From Vitrella brassicaformis CCMP3155 (taxonomy: Eukaryota > Protista > Chromerida): a DNA stretch of 64,000 nucleotides. Made by a program: the position numbers and the translations under genes. The stretch lies in assembly GCA_001179505.1 (NCBI GenBank), contig CDMY01000385.1, forward strand, positions 310,001 to 374,000, given 5' to 3'. Positions 43,330-54,619 of the stretch are shown in pieces; position 1 is the stretch's first letter; each line of letters starts with the position of its first letter. The notes beneath the pieces are model-generated. The model saw only the letters and a list, made by a program, of their open reading frames with translations. It had not been told where the DNA came from and made no database searches.

Positions 43330-44940
43330 GTATCGCGCACGAGTGTGCTTTGCCGTGCTGTGCTGTGCTGATGTGATGGGTTCATATCGATACGAGTACG
43401 CGTGAGCTGAGCAGCCTGCCCGCCCGCCCGCCCGTTTGTTTGTTTGCCCGTTTGCAGTTGCTTTTGGAGGCTCGGCTCTCTTTTCGTCGGCTGCATTTTT
43501 TGCTGTTTTGCTTTCTACGTATGTATGCGTCGGGCTGTAATGTGTGTGTGTACGTATGTGTGTACGTGTTGAGTCTGAATCGACATGGGATTACCCGCTG
43601 CCCGTGTGAGCTGCCTGCCTGCCTGCCTGCTGTGGCAAGCTGTGCATCTCATGTATCCGGCGTGTTCTGCGTGGTGTGTGTGTGTACCGACTGACCTGCG
43701 AAATCGATCCATGGTGACTGACACGAAGAAAGCTGGCTAGGTCAGACCAACAAGAAGACAGAGGAGACGGTGGAGAGATGGTGAAGATGACGTCAGGGCC
43801 GGCCTCTGGGGAGAGTGCTTGCCGCTCAGTTCTGGTACGAATGTGTGAATGTGTGTGTGTGTGTGTGTGCACACACACGATGCATACATAGATGAGATTC
43901 ACCCACCGATAAGTCGATCGACGGGAGGAGGGAGAGGAAAGAGAGAAAGAGGGAGGGGCTGGAGGCAGCCAGTCAGCCAGCGAGTGATTGATTGATCGAT
44001 CGATCGATCAGCATTTGTACATGCATGGGGTCACGTGCCTCTTCCTTGTCCCCTCCCCTCCCTTTCCTCCCCTCCTCCCTTTTTCCCACGCCGTGCGCAA
44101 TCGGGCGTGTCGCAATATCATTGACTGATCGATTGATTGACCGGCTGATTGCTTGTACTCGTGTGTATGGGCGTGTGTGTGTGTGTGTGTGGGTGTGTGT
44201 GTACTCGTGTCTGTGTAGACGAGGAAGGAAGGGTGTTTTGGAGGGGCATACAAACATACGACTGACTGCGATGATGTGTTCTCTCCGGGCCGCTTTCTTG
44301 CGTCATGGTGTCTGTCTTGTTTGTGTTGGGGTGTACACGCACACACGCACTGCTTCTGTGTGGCTGGCTGACTGGCTGGCTGACTGGATGGCTGTCTTGA
44401 CTGAGAGAGGAGGGGCAAGGACGGATGACCATGACGTGGCTGCAAGATTGTTTTTCGCTGCTGCTGCTGCTGCTGGTGTGGTGCTGGTGGTGGTGCTGCT
44501 GCTGAGGGATGGAAGAATATGTAACGTAACGCCTGAAGGGTGATCCAACTGGGGAGCATTTTCATTTTGGCCCCGTTGATGATGGGTTGGCTGACTGATT
44601 GCGGGGGCCTGTTTCTGAGGGATGCTGTCTTGGTAGGTACACGATGCTCTGGCCAGCCGTCTGTCTGTCTGTCTCTCCGGGTGTGCATGTCAGTTGTGGG
44701 CCAACCAAGCTATCTATTTCTCCATTCATTCATTCGTGTGGTGTCTGTCTGTCTCCTTCTCTCCTTGTCGCCTCGCTTGTACATCTGTCTGTATCATACA
44801 TACAATAAATACAATGCCATACCAGCCATAGAGATGATGAGTGAGTCTCCCCCCCACCCACCCCACAATCTCTCTCTCGCCCCTCCATCCATCTGTGTGT
44901 TCTTGGTCCGGTCCATCACATCCCGCCCCCCTCTCCCATC

Positions 44941-44971
<31 letters not shown>

Positions 44972-46900
44972 GTCTGTCTGTTTGCCTGTCTGTCTGTCGT
45001 CTTGTCGATGTCGATAAGAGCTACGCTGATGAAAAACTGAGTGAGAAGAATGGCACTGAATCAAATCAGTTCAGCCGAGACACGGATATGCATGTGCATG
45101 TGGCAGTTTTGCGTATGTGCGTGCATACGTGACGTGCGACTCTGGATGATGAGAGGGATGGGCCTGCGGGGCGGGGCGGGACGGGGCGACTGTGTTTGTG
45201 TTGTGTTGTGTGTGCCCCTCCTTTCATACGTGCGCACACGACATACACACATCAGGTGAGGTGACAAGAGAAGACAAGAGAGAGGGGAGAGAAGAGGGGA
45301 GGGGAGGGGAGAGGAAGAGAGGTGTTTTCTTTAATTCGAATGCTCACCATACATGGCAACCGACACACACAGAGGGGCGAGAGAGTTTTCGGGTCTATGA
45401 CGTGTTGTTCGACCGGTCTGTTTTGACTGCTGGTTGCGCTGCGCTGCCCTGCCCTGCCCTGCCCTGGCCTGGCTGGCTGCTGTGCGTGCGAGAGTGAGTG
45501 CACCGCTCATGAGCTGTGCGCATTACATACCTACATACGTGGGGCACCTGATCGAATGAGGATGGCCTGAGCTGTCTGTGTGGCGTGCGTGGCTGTGTGT
45601 ATGGTTGCTGGGTGGGTGGCTGTTTGTGTGTCTTGGTGAGTGTGATGTGTGGGGTGAGCAAGTAGCTTTATGGGAGGCTCGGTGTCTGTCTGTCGATCAT
45701 TCATTGATCCATCAGCGGAGAGGGAATGACCAGCCTGCCAAGACAGGAAGAAAGATCGACCCCTTACTTATACATAACACAAGCACCCATCTATCCGATC
45801 TATACATAAATACAGAGGTCAGGCCAGGCAGGCAGGCACCGATTTGAAGGGGGGAGGGGGGGGAGGGAGGGCGACGGGCTGCATGGCGGGGGGGCCGGGG
45901 GCTGGCTGCGCATGGATGACCGACTGGGTCCGGGTGGCTGTCCATCCATCCATCGCCGTATCAGTATGACCGCACCGCACTCTATCTCTCTTCCGTTCGT
46001 GTGCCTTCGTGTCGAGTCTCTTTCCTGTGTGCGTGGCGTGTGATTGTGAGGGAGGGAGGGAGGGAGGGAGGGAGGCGGCCACAGACAGACACGGCCACAG
46101 AACGATGCAGACAGGAAGACGAGAGAGACAGCACTCACTGCGTCACTGACTGGTCTGGTCTATCTACTGGCCGATGAGTCGAGTCGAGAGTACAGTACCT
46201 CTATCTGCTGCTTTCTCAAAACCTCACACACCAACACCACGCCACCATTATGCATCCACGCATCCATCCATATTCGGCGCTGTGCCTATTCTTGGCTCCA
46301 GTGTCAGTCATTCATGTCATTCTAACACGCCAAGTGGTGCCTCTCTGCTCGTAACGTAACGTACAGCGCTCTCTCTTTACGTGTCCAACACGACTGTCTG
46401 TCTGATGTGTGTGATGTCATAGCTACAGATCCTGTTTGCCGACTGCTTTGTCTGTGTGCTGCCTGTGTGCGTGGTCTCGTCGACTGTGTGTGCCTGCGTT
46501 GCTGGCGTCGTATTCCCCTGACTGTTCGTTCGACTGACCGCAACAGTCACGGAATAGGACACCAGCGATGCAGGCGCCGACATCGGGCCCGTGCATGCGA
46601 TGCGGACCGTCTGTCTGCCTGTCTGTCTGTGTGCAAAGTGATGTCGATCATGGCTGGCTGGCTGCTTTTACGTGGTTGGGATGCCGTCACGTCACACCAT
46701 TACACTGCTGCCTCTCCGCTGTGCTGTGCCGCCCTCCTTGTCGGAGGCCTGCTGCCTTGCTTGTCCCTGACGATCCCGGGGCCATGGACAGTCATCCATC
46801 GACATGTCAGACAGACAGGAAGGGCGTAGCATCAGTCGAGGCATGCCAACTTGTGACTGCAGAGTGGTTGCCTGGTTGGGACTGGGGATGCACGGGGACG
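43330..46900. repeat. Long non-coding microsatellite mosaic ((TG)n, (TGTC)n, (GATC)n, (GGGA)n, (GCCCT)n)
   Basis: About 3.6 kb between DCP2 and the molybdoenzyme with no convincing spliced ORF; its ORFs are translations of simple repeats. Confidence 0.6.
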
Positions 46901-46977
46901 GAAAGGGAGTAGAAACAGTCCCGCGCCACACGTAAACTTTCACGGAGTGCTCCCTCACCGCAGAAGAACACAAATCG

Positions 46978-48948
46978 ATGGGACTGTTGGTGCAGCATAC
47001 CTTGTCCGTCACGGTCGTGTGTGTCATCTCCCTCCTGTCCTTGCTTCGGTCATCAAACAGTCAGGTACCATCACTGCCTGGCGCAACCATCGCCAGATCT
47101 GCACCTCCTCTGCGTCTTGTGTGCAGCAGTTGAGTGACAAGCACAGCGCGGATGAGACGACTGAGCGGTTGGCTGAGCGGGAAGGTGCTTCGCGTGGCTC
47201 TTCCACTTGTGCCTCGGAGACGTGCGAGTCGTTCGGTCTGACGGCATTTGTCGGCAGCACTGCTTCACTTGACCTCAAGTGTCCGTCAGAGAGCAACCTC
47301 GGCGAGGACGCTGCCCTCTCACTGACGATCTTGAAAAGCCTTGGCAAGGTACGGATGAATCAGCGCGAAAACCAGCGTCACTCACTTGATGTGTCTGCCC
47401 CACGTGTGTGTGTGTGTGTGTGTGCGCAGAACGAGTCACTGCGGCCTGCGCCACCCGTGGCATCGTGCCCTACAAATATTGAAACACCTCCATGGCTGCT
47501 GGACGACGCACTCACACCGATTGACAAGTTCTTTGTGCGCAACAATGGTGACATTCCAAGGCGCGCGATGGACCAGGACTCTGAGGGGTGGACACTCACG
47601 GTCAGCAGAAACGATAGATCACCATCCACCAGCCGCATCAGCCTCGTGTGTCGGTCGGTCATTCGGTCATTCGGTCATTCTGTTTCCCAGATTGATGGTA
47701 TCGGTGTGGATGGATCAAGGAACTTCACTCTGCAGCAGCTCAAGAGCTTCCCCACCGTCACGCGCAAGTACCCACTCCAGTGTGCCGGCCACGGCCGGGC
47801 TGGATACCGTCCACAAGTGGGCGGCAACCAGTGGACGCTTGGCGCAGTGGGTTTTGCCGAATGGACGGGTGTTTTGCTCAAGGACATCCTGTCATACGAC
47901 CCGCCCGAAGGCTTCAAGGGCCTGAAAGTGCTGGACAATGCCGTGTACCTTGCCTGGGAGGGGCTGGACAGGCATTGCGAAGGTAGGTAGGTGAACCGCG
48001 ACGCGCCACTCAGATCAGGCCGCCTCATCTCTCTTTCCGTTCTCCTTCCCTGCTGTGTCCGTTCATTCATCAGATACTGACGCATTCGCCATCTCCCGTG
48101 GTGTGCCGATTGAGAAGGCGTTGGACGGCTACACCATGCTAGCGTGGGAGATGAACGCCGAGACGCTGCCGGCCGCGCACGGCTTCCCTCTCCGGTTGAT
48201 TGCACCTGGCTACCCAGGGTCGGCACAGGGGAAATGGCTCAAGAGGCTATGGGTGAGCAGCAGACCGACAGAGAGGCAGGCAAGGGCCATATAGGAGCCC
48301 TCTGCCTGTGTGTGTCCTGTCAGGTGCGAGACCAGGTTCACGATGGCCCGAAGATGACAGGGACGTCTTACCGAATGCCTCTCCAACCATTGCCGCCAGG
48401 CCACGAAGGGGTACGCTGCCTCAGCACACGAGACCAAACAAGTGTTCACATGCTCGGTTCTCGTTTGTCGACGGCTAGCTGACAGAGGAGGAGACGTCCG
48501 TGATCGAAGAGATGCCAGTTTATTCAATCATCACCTCCCCACCCCCCTGCACACAGGTCAAGAGCGGAGACAGCCTCACCGTCCGCGGGAAGGCATGGAG
48601 CGGCATGGGCAATGTCGTCATGGTCAGCCACACGAGCAACCAAGACATCACAAGACACCGTCAGTCACATGTTGCACTGCACTCACTCGAGCTCTGCGTG
48701 CGTTGCAGGTGGAGGTGTCTGTCGATCAGGGCCGGACCTGGACAGCTGCCTTCCTCAGCCCTCCCGTCAACAAGTACGCTTGGCAGGTGTGGACAGTGGA
48801 CATCGAGCTGCCGGGCAAAGGCTACTGGGAGATATACGCACGAGCCACTGACGAGAAGGGCCGCGTGCAGCCCCTCATGACGCCGGGGTGGAACCCGAAA
48901 GGCTACCTCAACAATTCGGTGATGAAGATCAACGTCGACGTCGTCTGA
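46978..48948 (+). CDS. Sulfite oxidase family molybdoenzyme (Moco + dimerization domains, no cytochrome b5), with an N-terminal signal peptide
   Basis: Exon 1 (46978-47064) gives MGLLVQHTLSVTVVCVISLLSLLRSSNSQ. Then ETPPWLLDDALTP..KFFVRNNG, LQCAGHGR (Mo-ligand Cys), GAVGFAEWTGV, HGFPLRLIAPGYPGSAQGKWL, VRDQVHDGPKMTGTSYRMP, GKAWSG, VEVSVD.G.TW, ARATD..GRVQP, WNPKGYLNN. Confidence 0.9.
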
Positions 48949-50013
48949 TGGCTCCGTCTGATGCCATGCCCCATCCTGCAGAAGGAGCAGGGGCGTGACG
49001 GGGGTAGGTAGGCGTGTTGTGTACATGATGCATCTCTCTGTCGATGGGCCTAGGCGTTGGTGTGCAGATCAGTGTGGGCTCTTCCTGTTGTGTCGTTGGT
49101 TCGGTGGTTGGTCGTGTGTTTTGGTTTATGGGGTGAGTGAAGCGACAGCGCGTTGCCGCTCGGTTGCATGTTTGTCATGTTTGCAACGGCGCTGGCTGTA
49201 ATTAGACTGTGGGGCGGGGGTCGGGGCTGTTGTGTGCACAGTGTGTGGGGATGATTGAACGAACCTCTGAGTGAGGGCGGGAGGGACTGACCTTGTGAAT
49301 GCGACTAAACGATAAGACAGACACAATGGATCAATTTACCCTGTGGATTGGATTGGATGCATTATATAAAGGACAGGAAGGCTGAATCGGCACACAGCTG
49401 CACAGAGATAAAGGGGGGATTGTCTCTGGAGGCAGAGCGATTGACTGCAAACTCTGAGTTTGAGATTCAGTGCCTGGTTTGGACTGTTTCTTGAACCTTT
49501 AAGAACCGCTCGATTGTCTTTTGACCGACCGACATCACCGTCTCTCTCATCCACACACTCATTCGCAGCCACCCACGACCCTCCCCCTTCAAATGGACGC
49601 AGGCACCCTACAGTCACAGACGCACAATTTTCCCACCCCTATCTCTCCTTCCTCTCTCCCCCCCTCGCACTCACACATGGCACCGAACAAACAGTGAGCC
49701 CAATGCCCTTTCCCATTTGACGCATACTGTCAGTCATTCTCTCGCTGGCGTGTTCGGTGAGTCATATTTACTGCTGTTTATCAGGCACACACACACACAC
49801 ACACTCCCCGTGCGTCACAATCAGACATCCGGACAGCCAGGCGTATAAGCCAAGAAGTCGAGATGTGTCCACCGGCCGGCCACCTCGCCAGCGTGACACC
49901 ACGGCAGCCAGGTGGAGACATCCCTTGCAAAATCCAAACAGTCGACGAAACGGTCAGTCCATACGGTCAGTCGATACCAATGCAGTCACACACCCTCCCA
50001 ACGCCTCACCCCT

Positions 50014-50044
<31 letters not shown>

Positions 50045-50045
50045 A

Positions 50046-50345
50046 NNNNNNNNNNNNNNNNNNNNNNNNNNNNNNNNNNNNNNNNNNNNNNNNNNNNNNN
50101 NNNNNNNNNNNNNNNNNNNNNNNNNNNNNNNNNNNNNNNNNNNNNNNNNNNNNNNNNNNNNNNNNNNNNNNNNNNNNNNNNNNNNNNNNNNNNNNNNNNN
50201 NNNNNNNNNNNNNNNNNNNNNNNNNNNNNNNNNNNNNNNNNNNNNNNNNNNNNNNNNNNNNNNNNNNNNNNNNNNNNNNNNNNNNNNNNNNNNNNNNNNN
50301 NNNNNNNNNNNNNNNNNNNNNNNNNNNNNNNNNNNNNNNNNNNNN
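50046..50345. other. Assembly gap (300 N) flanked by poly-C
   Basis: About 30 C on the left and a C run on the right. Confidence 0.98.
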
Positions 50346-50409
50346 CCCCCCCTCCAACCGTCCCAAAACACAAAACAAACGTCCAGCACGCCCTCACGCG
50401 GGCGATCTC

Positions 50410-52983
50410 CTAGTGCCGACGGCGGCTGTCCTCTGCTGCGCCACCTCGCCCGTTGCGTCCTCCTCTCGGTCTGCCTCCGTTGCCTCCTGGCCCGCCCCGC
50501 TGGCCCGGCCATCCGCCGCCCCGCCCGTTGTGTCCGTTGTGGCGGTAGTTGGCGTGCTGTCCATCGGCGGCGGCCGGGTGCGGCAGAATGACCGGGAAGC
50601 CATTCGGCTGCTGGTGCTGTGGGTGGGGCTGCAGGTTGGTGAAGTGCGGATTGATGTCCGCGTTGAAGGCCGCCTGCTGCTGGTGGTGGTGGTGGTGGGC
50701 GGGGTGCATGTTGTGGTTTGCCCACCCGCCGTAGACGCGCTGCGGGCGATGGAAGGGCTGGGGCTGATGGTGATGATCATGATGATGGCCGCCCTGCCCC
50801 ATCGCACCCCCTCCCCCAAGATGCTGGCCGTAGTTGCCCAGCAGCCCGCCTCTGCTGTCGTGGCCGCCATGCTGTCCCTGCCCGTATCCAAAGTGTCTGC
50901 CGTTGTGGCCGGCGCCGTTGAGGGGTGTGTCGGGAGGGGGCGGTGGGCGGGTGCTGTTGTTGTTGTTGTGCAGCGGCGACTCTCCCATAGCGAACCCGTT
51001 GACCTGTTGCTGCACACAGACATATACAATACACACAGATGCTTACACACAATCATAGTGTATGTCTGTATTCCTTCCTCACCTCATGTGCGGGTGGCTG
51101 GGGGAATTGGCCATGGCCGTGGCGGGCTCGTGGGCCAGCGGCGTCGGATCGAATTGGATTGGCGGGGGTGGCGGGGGAGCAGCCGAACCAAACAGCTGGG
51201 CAACATGGGCATCATGAGGCCTGGCTGCATGCCGTTGCCCATGGCGGCGAGGGCCATTATGGGGAGAGGGGGCTGCGGGAAGAAGGGCACAGGGGGCACC
51301 GCTGGCATCATCTGCTGCGGCGCAAATGGCTGCACCCCCGCGGGCCCCCCTCCCTCACCACCACCGACGGGCTGCTCCACAGCCGGAGGCGCCAACACAC
51401 CCGCACCCGCACCCTCCCCCTGCCCCTCCCCATCCCCTCCCTCAGCAGCGCTCTGCTGCGCCTCAGGCGGGGGGAACTGCGGTGACTCCACGGCCACGGC
51501 GATGGGTGGCGGAGGAGCGATGGAGTGGGCCGAGTTGGGGATAGATGGCGGCACGAACGCGTGCATTGGCTGCAGCTGGGGCTGAGCAACAACACCTGCC
51601 GGGGACGCCTCACCATTGCTGGACTGCCCGAGTGCTGCTGCAGGGTTAGAGGGGGGAACGACCACAACATCACCCTCTTGCTGCTCCTGCTGTGCGCTCC
51701 CTGCCGCCCCGCCGTCTCCCTGGCCCTCCTGCTGAGGCTGTGGCTGTGGCTCCATTGGCTGCTGCTGCTGCTGGTCAGCCACTTGGACGAAGTTCGGCTC
51801 ACCAGCGGCGTCCGCTTCCAGGCGGTAGTTGGAGGGCGGGCTGTAGTAGCCCGGTCGTTCTCCGCCCTCCGGCTGCATGCCGAAGTAAGCACGGGGTTGG
51901 AAGGCCTCAGGAGGCTGGCGGCCGCCGTGCAGCTCGACATTCTGCCCCAACCACTGCATGGTGTCAACCATGACGGCCTCATCGGCGGCCTCACCCTGTT
52001 GGCACGCCGGCGGCTGCATACAGAGAGAGGGAGCGATGGTTTGAGTGCTGTCAGGATCTGGTGTGGCATTGTGGATTGTCTTACTTGGTCTGTGCCTTGC
52101 TGATCTTGGTCAGCGGGCGGCTGCTCCGCGTTACTTGGCGGCGGCTCGTCAGCAGGCCGCTCGTCAGGTTGCTCCTCAGCAGCAGCATCTCCAGACAACT
52201 CGGCAGCAGCATCAAGAGGCGATGGCCCGTCCTCCGTCTGCGCCTCAACACTCTGCAGACACATAGAAAGGAATCAGAGACACAGAAACCGATGAAGGTG
52301 ACAGACAGAGAGGTTCTCCTGTGTTCCCTTCCTGCTCACCTCGACAACGACAATCTCCGTCTGGGTCGTGGCATGCCCCTTGCCCTTCGCCCCCTCCCTC
52401 CCCATGCCCTCCCTCGCGGCCTTGAGGCACTCGTCCTTCACCTTGACCAGGATCGCCATCTCGTGCTCCTTCTGCAACTTGCTCTTGACCTTCTCGGCCT
52501 CCTCACGCGACAACGTACTGGGCTCCCGCGCCTCCAGCCGAGCGATGGCTTCGAGGGCCTTCCTGTACTTCTTGATCTCCTTGAGGATGATGCCGAAGCT
52601 GTAGTCGTGCTCCTTCAGGTACTTGATCAGCCGCTCGTCGTCCTCCTGCCCGGCTGACTGCCCCTCCCCGTCCTCCTTGGGCGGCGTGTCGGTGTCCTGG
52701 TGCGTCTGCTGGGCGGGGGTGCTGCTGCTGTCCGCTGACAGAGGCTCTTGGCTGAGTCCCGGCTCGTCCTTGCGGGCTTGGTCCTCGTTCGCTGGGGCGA
52801 CGGCATCAGGTGCGGCCTGGGAGGGCTGGTTGGCGGGCGATGCTGCCGGGGCGGGCTGTGAGTTATTCTGAAGCGCACAGAGACCACAGGGACGTAGCAG
52901 AGGCGTGTGGATGGTCAGAATGTGAGGGCATGATAATCATCATGTGCATTTCTCACCTTGTTCTTGTTCTTCTTCTTCCCCAT
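50410..52983 (-). CDS. Putative RNA-granule protein: PYM/eIF2A-C/Caprin-like helical hairpin, P/Q-rich middle, H/N/Q-rich and RGG C-terminus
   Basis: ATG 52983 MGKKKNKNK|NNSQPAP.... Hairpin GIILKEIKKYRKALEAIARLEAREPSTLSREEAEKVKSKLQKEHEM. Last exon ...GRGGGWPGQRGGPGGNGGRPRGGRNGRGG.... The junction into the last exon has a frame problem (see findings). Confidence 0.6.
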
Positions 52984-53087
52984 GACTGACGGGATGGTGG
53001 GGATTGTGGCTGAGGCTCTCCTCTCTTCGGGCCTCGCTGAAAGAGAGAAGAAGTGGTGATTTCAACGGCAAGGCTCGCGCCGTTGAA

Positions 53088-53095
53088 AGCTCGCA
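53088..53095 (-). promoter_or_regulatory. TGCGAGCT element, RGG-protein/AlkB spacer
   Basis: aaAGCTCGCA on the + strand, inside a 160-bp spacer. Confidence 0.65.
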
Positions 53096-53142
53096 GGTGC
53101 GAAGCTTCAGAACCCTTTCTTACGGGGTAATTTTGCCGCGTC

Positions 53143-54227
53143 ATGCAGCCCGCCACGCCATTCGCACGGCAGAAGAAGCGACGCGGATCTGATCCAGGTA
53201 GGCAGCACAGCGGTCCGTTGCATTCATTCATCCCATTCGGTCGTTCTCACATTTGCAGATTCATCAGACGGTGCCGCTGCTGATCAGCCCAACGGCCATG
53301 GTGCTAGTCCCTCGTCCGGCGAGGACATCCCGCCGTCCATTCTGAGTGGCCTTGCAGACTGTCAGCGGATTGACCTGCCTGGCGCCGACGTGCTGTACGT
53401 GCCCCGCATCTTCACGAGAGAGGAGAGCACGGCCTTTGTGGCGCAGCTGGCGGCTCTCGAGCAGTGGAAAAGGCCCGAGTTCAAGATATTCGGCAAGGTG
53501 CACTTGCAGGGCAATTACAGCTGCCACTTCAGCGACGGAGGACAGCTCAACTACCGATACTCGGGCAGGGACAATGTGGGGCAAGAGGTACACCCAATCG
53601 CACACACAGACAGACAGACAGACAGACAGATAGACAACAGCGCCGCCCCTCTTTTCATCTCACAGTGTGTCTGTGCGACTGGTGCACCCATTCAGTTCCC
53701 CGAGTTTCTCCAGGCCATCAGGCGGCGTGTGGAGGCCGTTGTGAGGCACATCGACGGCCAGCGGACCGACGCTAAGATATGCCCAGGTGATGGTGAGTTC
53801 CAGTTCAACTACTGCCTGGCCAACAAGTATGAGGACGGCAACGCGTCGCTGGGGATGCACTCGGATGACGAGCGCGACCTCTTTGGACCCATCGCCTCAG
53901 GTGGGTCAGCCAGTGAATGAATGGATGAGGCAGACAGACAGACAGACAGACAGACAGGTGAATGTCGTGTGTGTGTGTGTGTGTGCAGTGTCGTTCGGCG
54001 CCACACGTCACTTCACCTTGGCCCACAAGCGGGACAAGTCGGTGAAGCGGCGGATTGACCTGAGTGACGGGTCTCTGCTGGTGATGGCGGGGGACACGCA
54101 GAGGAACTACAAGCACGGGGTGCCCAAGATGAAGAGGGTCACCGACATGCGCATCAACCTCACCATGAGATGCATCAGGCCCAGAGATAGCAGCAGGGCG
54201 AGCGGCAAGAAGAGGGCAAAGCGATAG
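53143..54227 (+). CDS. AlkB family Fe(II)/2OG dioxygenase, ALKBH2/ALKBH3-like
   Basis: Four exons. MQPATPFARQKKRR (NLS-like), FKIFGK, YRYSG, FNYCLANKYEDGNASLGMHSDDE (HxD), IAS|VSFGATRHF, GSLLVMAGDTQRNYKHGVPK (H), RINLTMR. Confidence 0.9.
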
Positions 54228-54619
54228 ATAGGATGCTACGGATACAGGAGTGGCCGCCTGAGTGGATGAGATGAGTACGCTAACTAACTAGTTACATGTG
54301 TGGGGTGTCTGTCTGTCTGTCTCTCTGTCTGTCGACAATCATGAGCGGAGCGGAGTGCCTTTCCTTTCGTATGCCGTGCTGTAGATAAAGGCAATCCTGG
54401 CTGCCAATTCAACTGTCACCAAAGGGTCCCTCCCTCGTCACGCACGGGTGTGGTGTGCAACAAATGCATCATCCATCGTCACGTCATGTCACGTCCAGAC
54501 AGGCGCGAAACACGATTTAGCTATACAGCACACGAATAAAACCATCACGAAAGCAGACAGGACAGGACAGGACAGGACCTCTCTCTCCTTTGCACCGCAC
54601 CCATCCGATGGATCCGATC

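Noticed and set aside
43990-44010. (GATC)n palindromic run
   Set aside because: Only ~4 units within a microsatellite-rich spacer, with nothing to indicate a function.
45026-45060. TGATGA ... CTGA, resembling C/D snoRNA boxes
   Set aside because: The boxes are only ~33 nt apart, with no terminal stem or recognisable rRNA guide.
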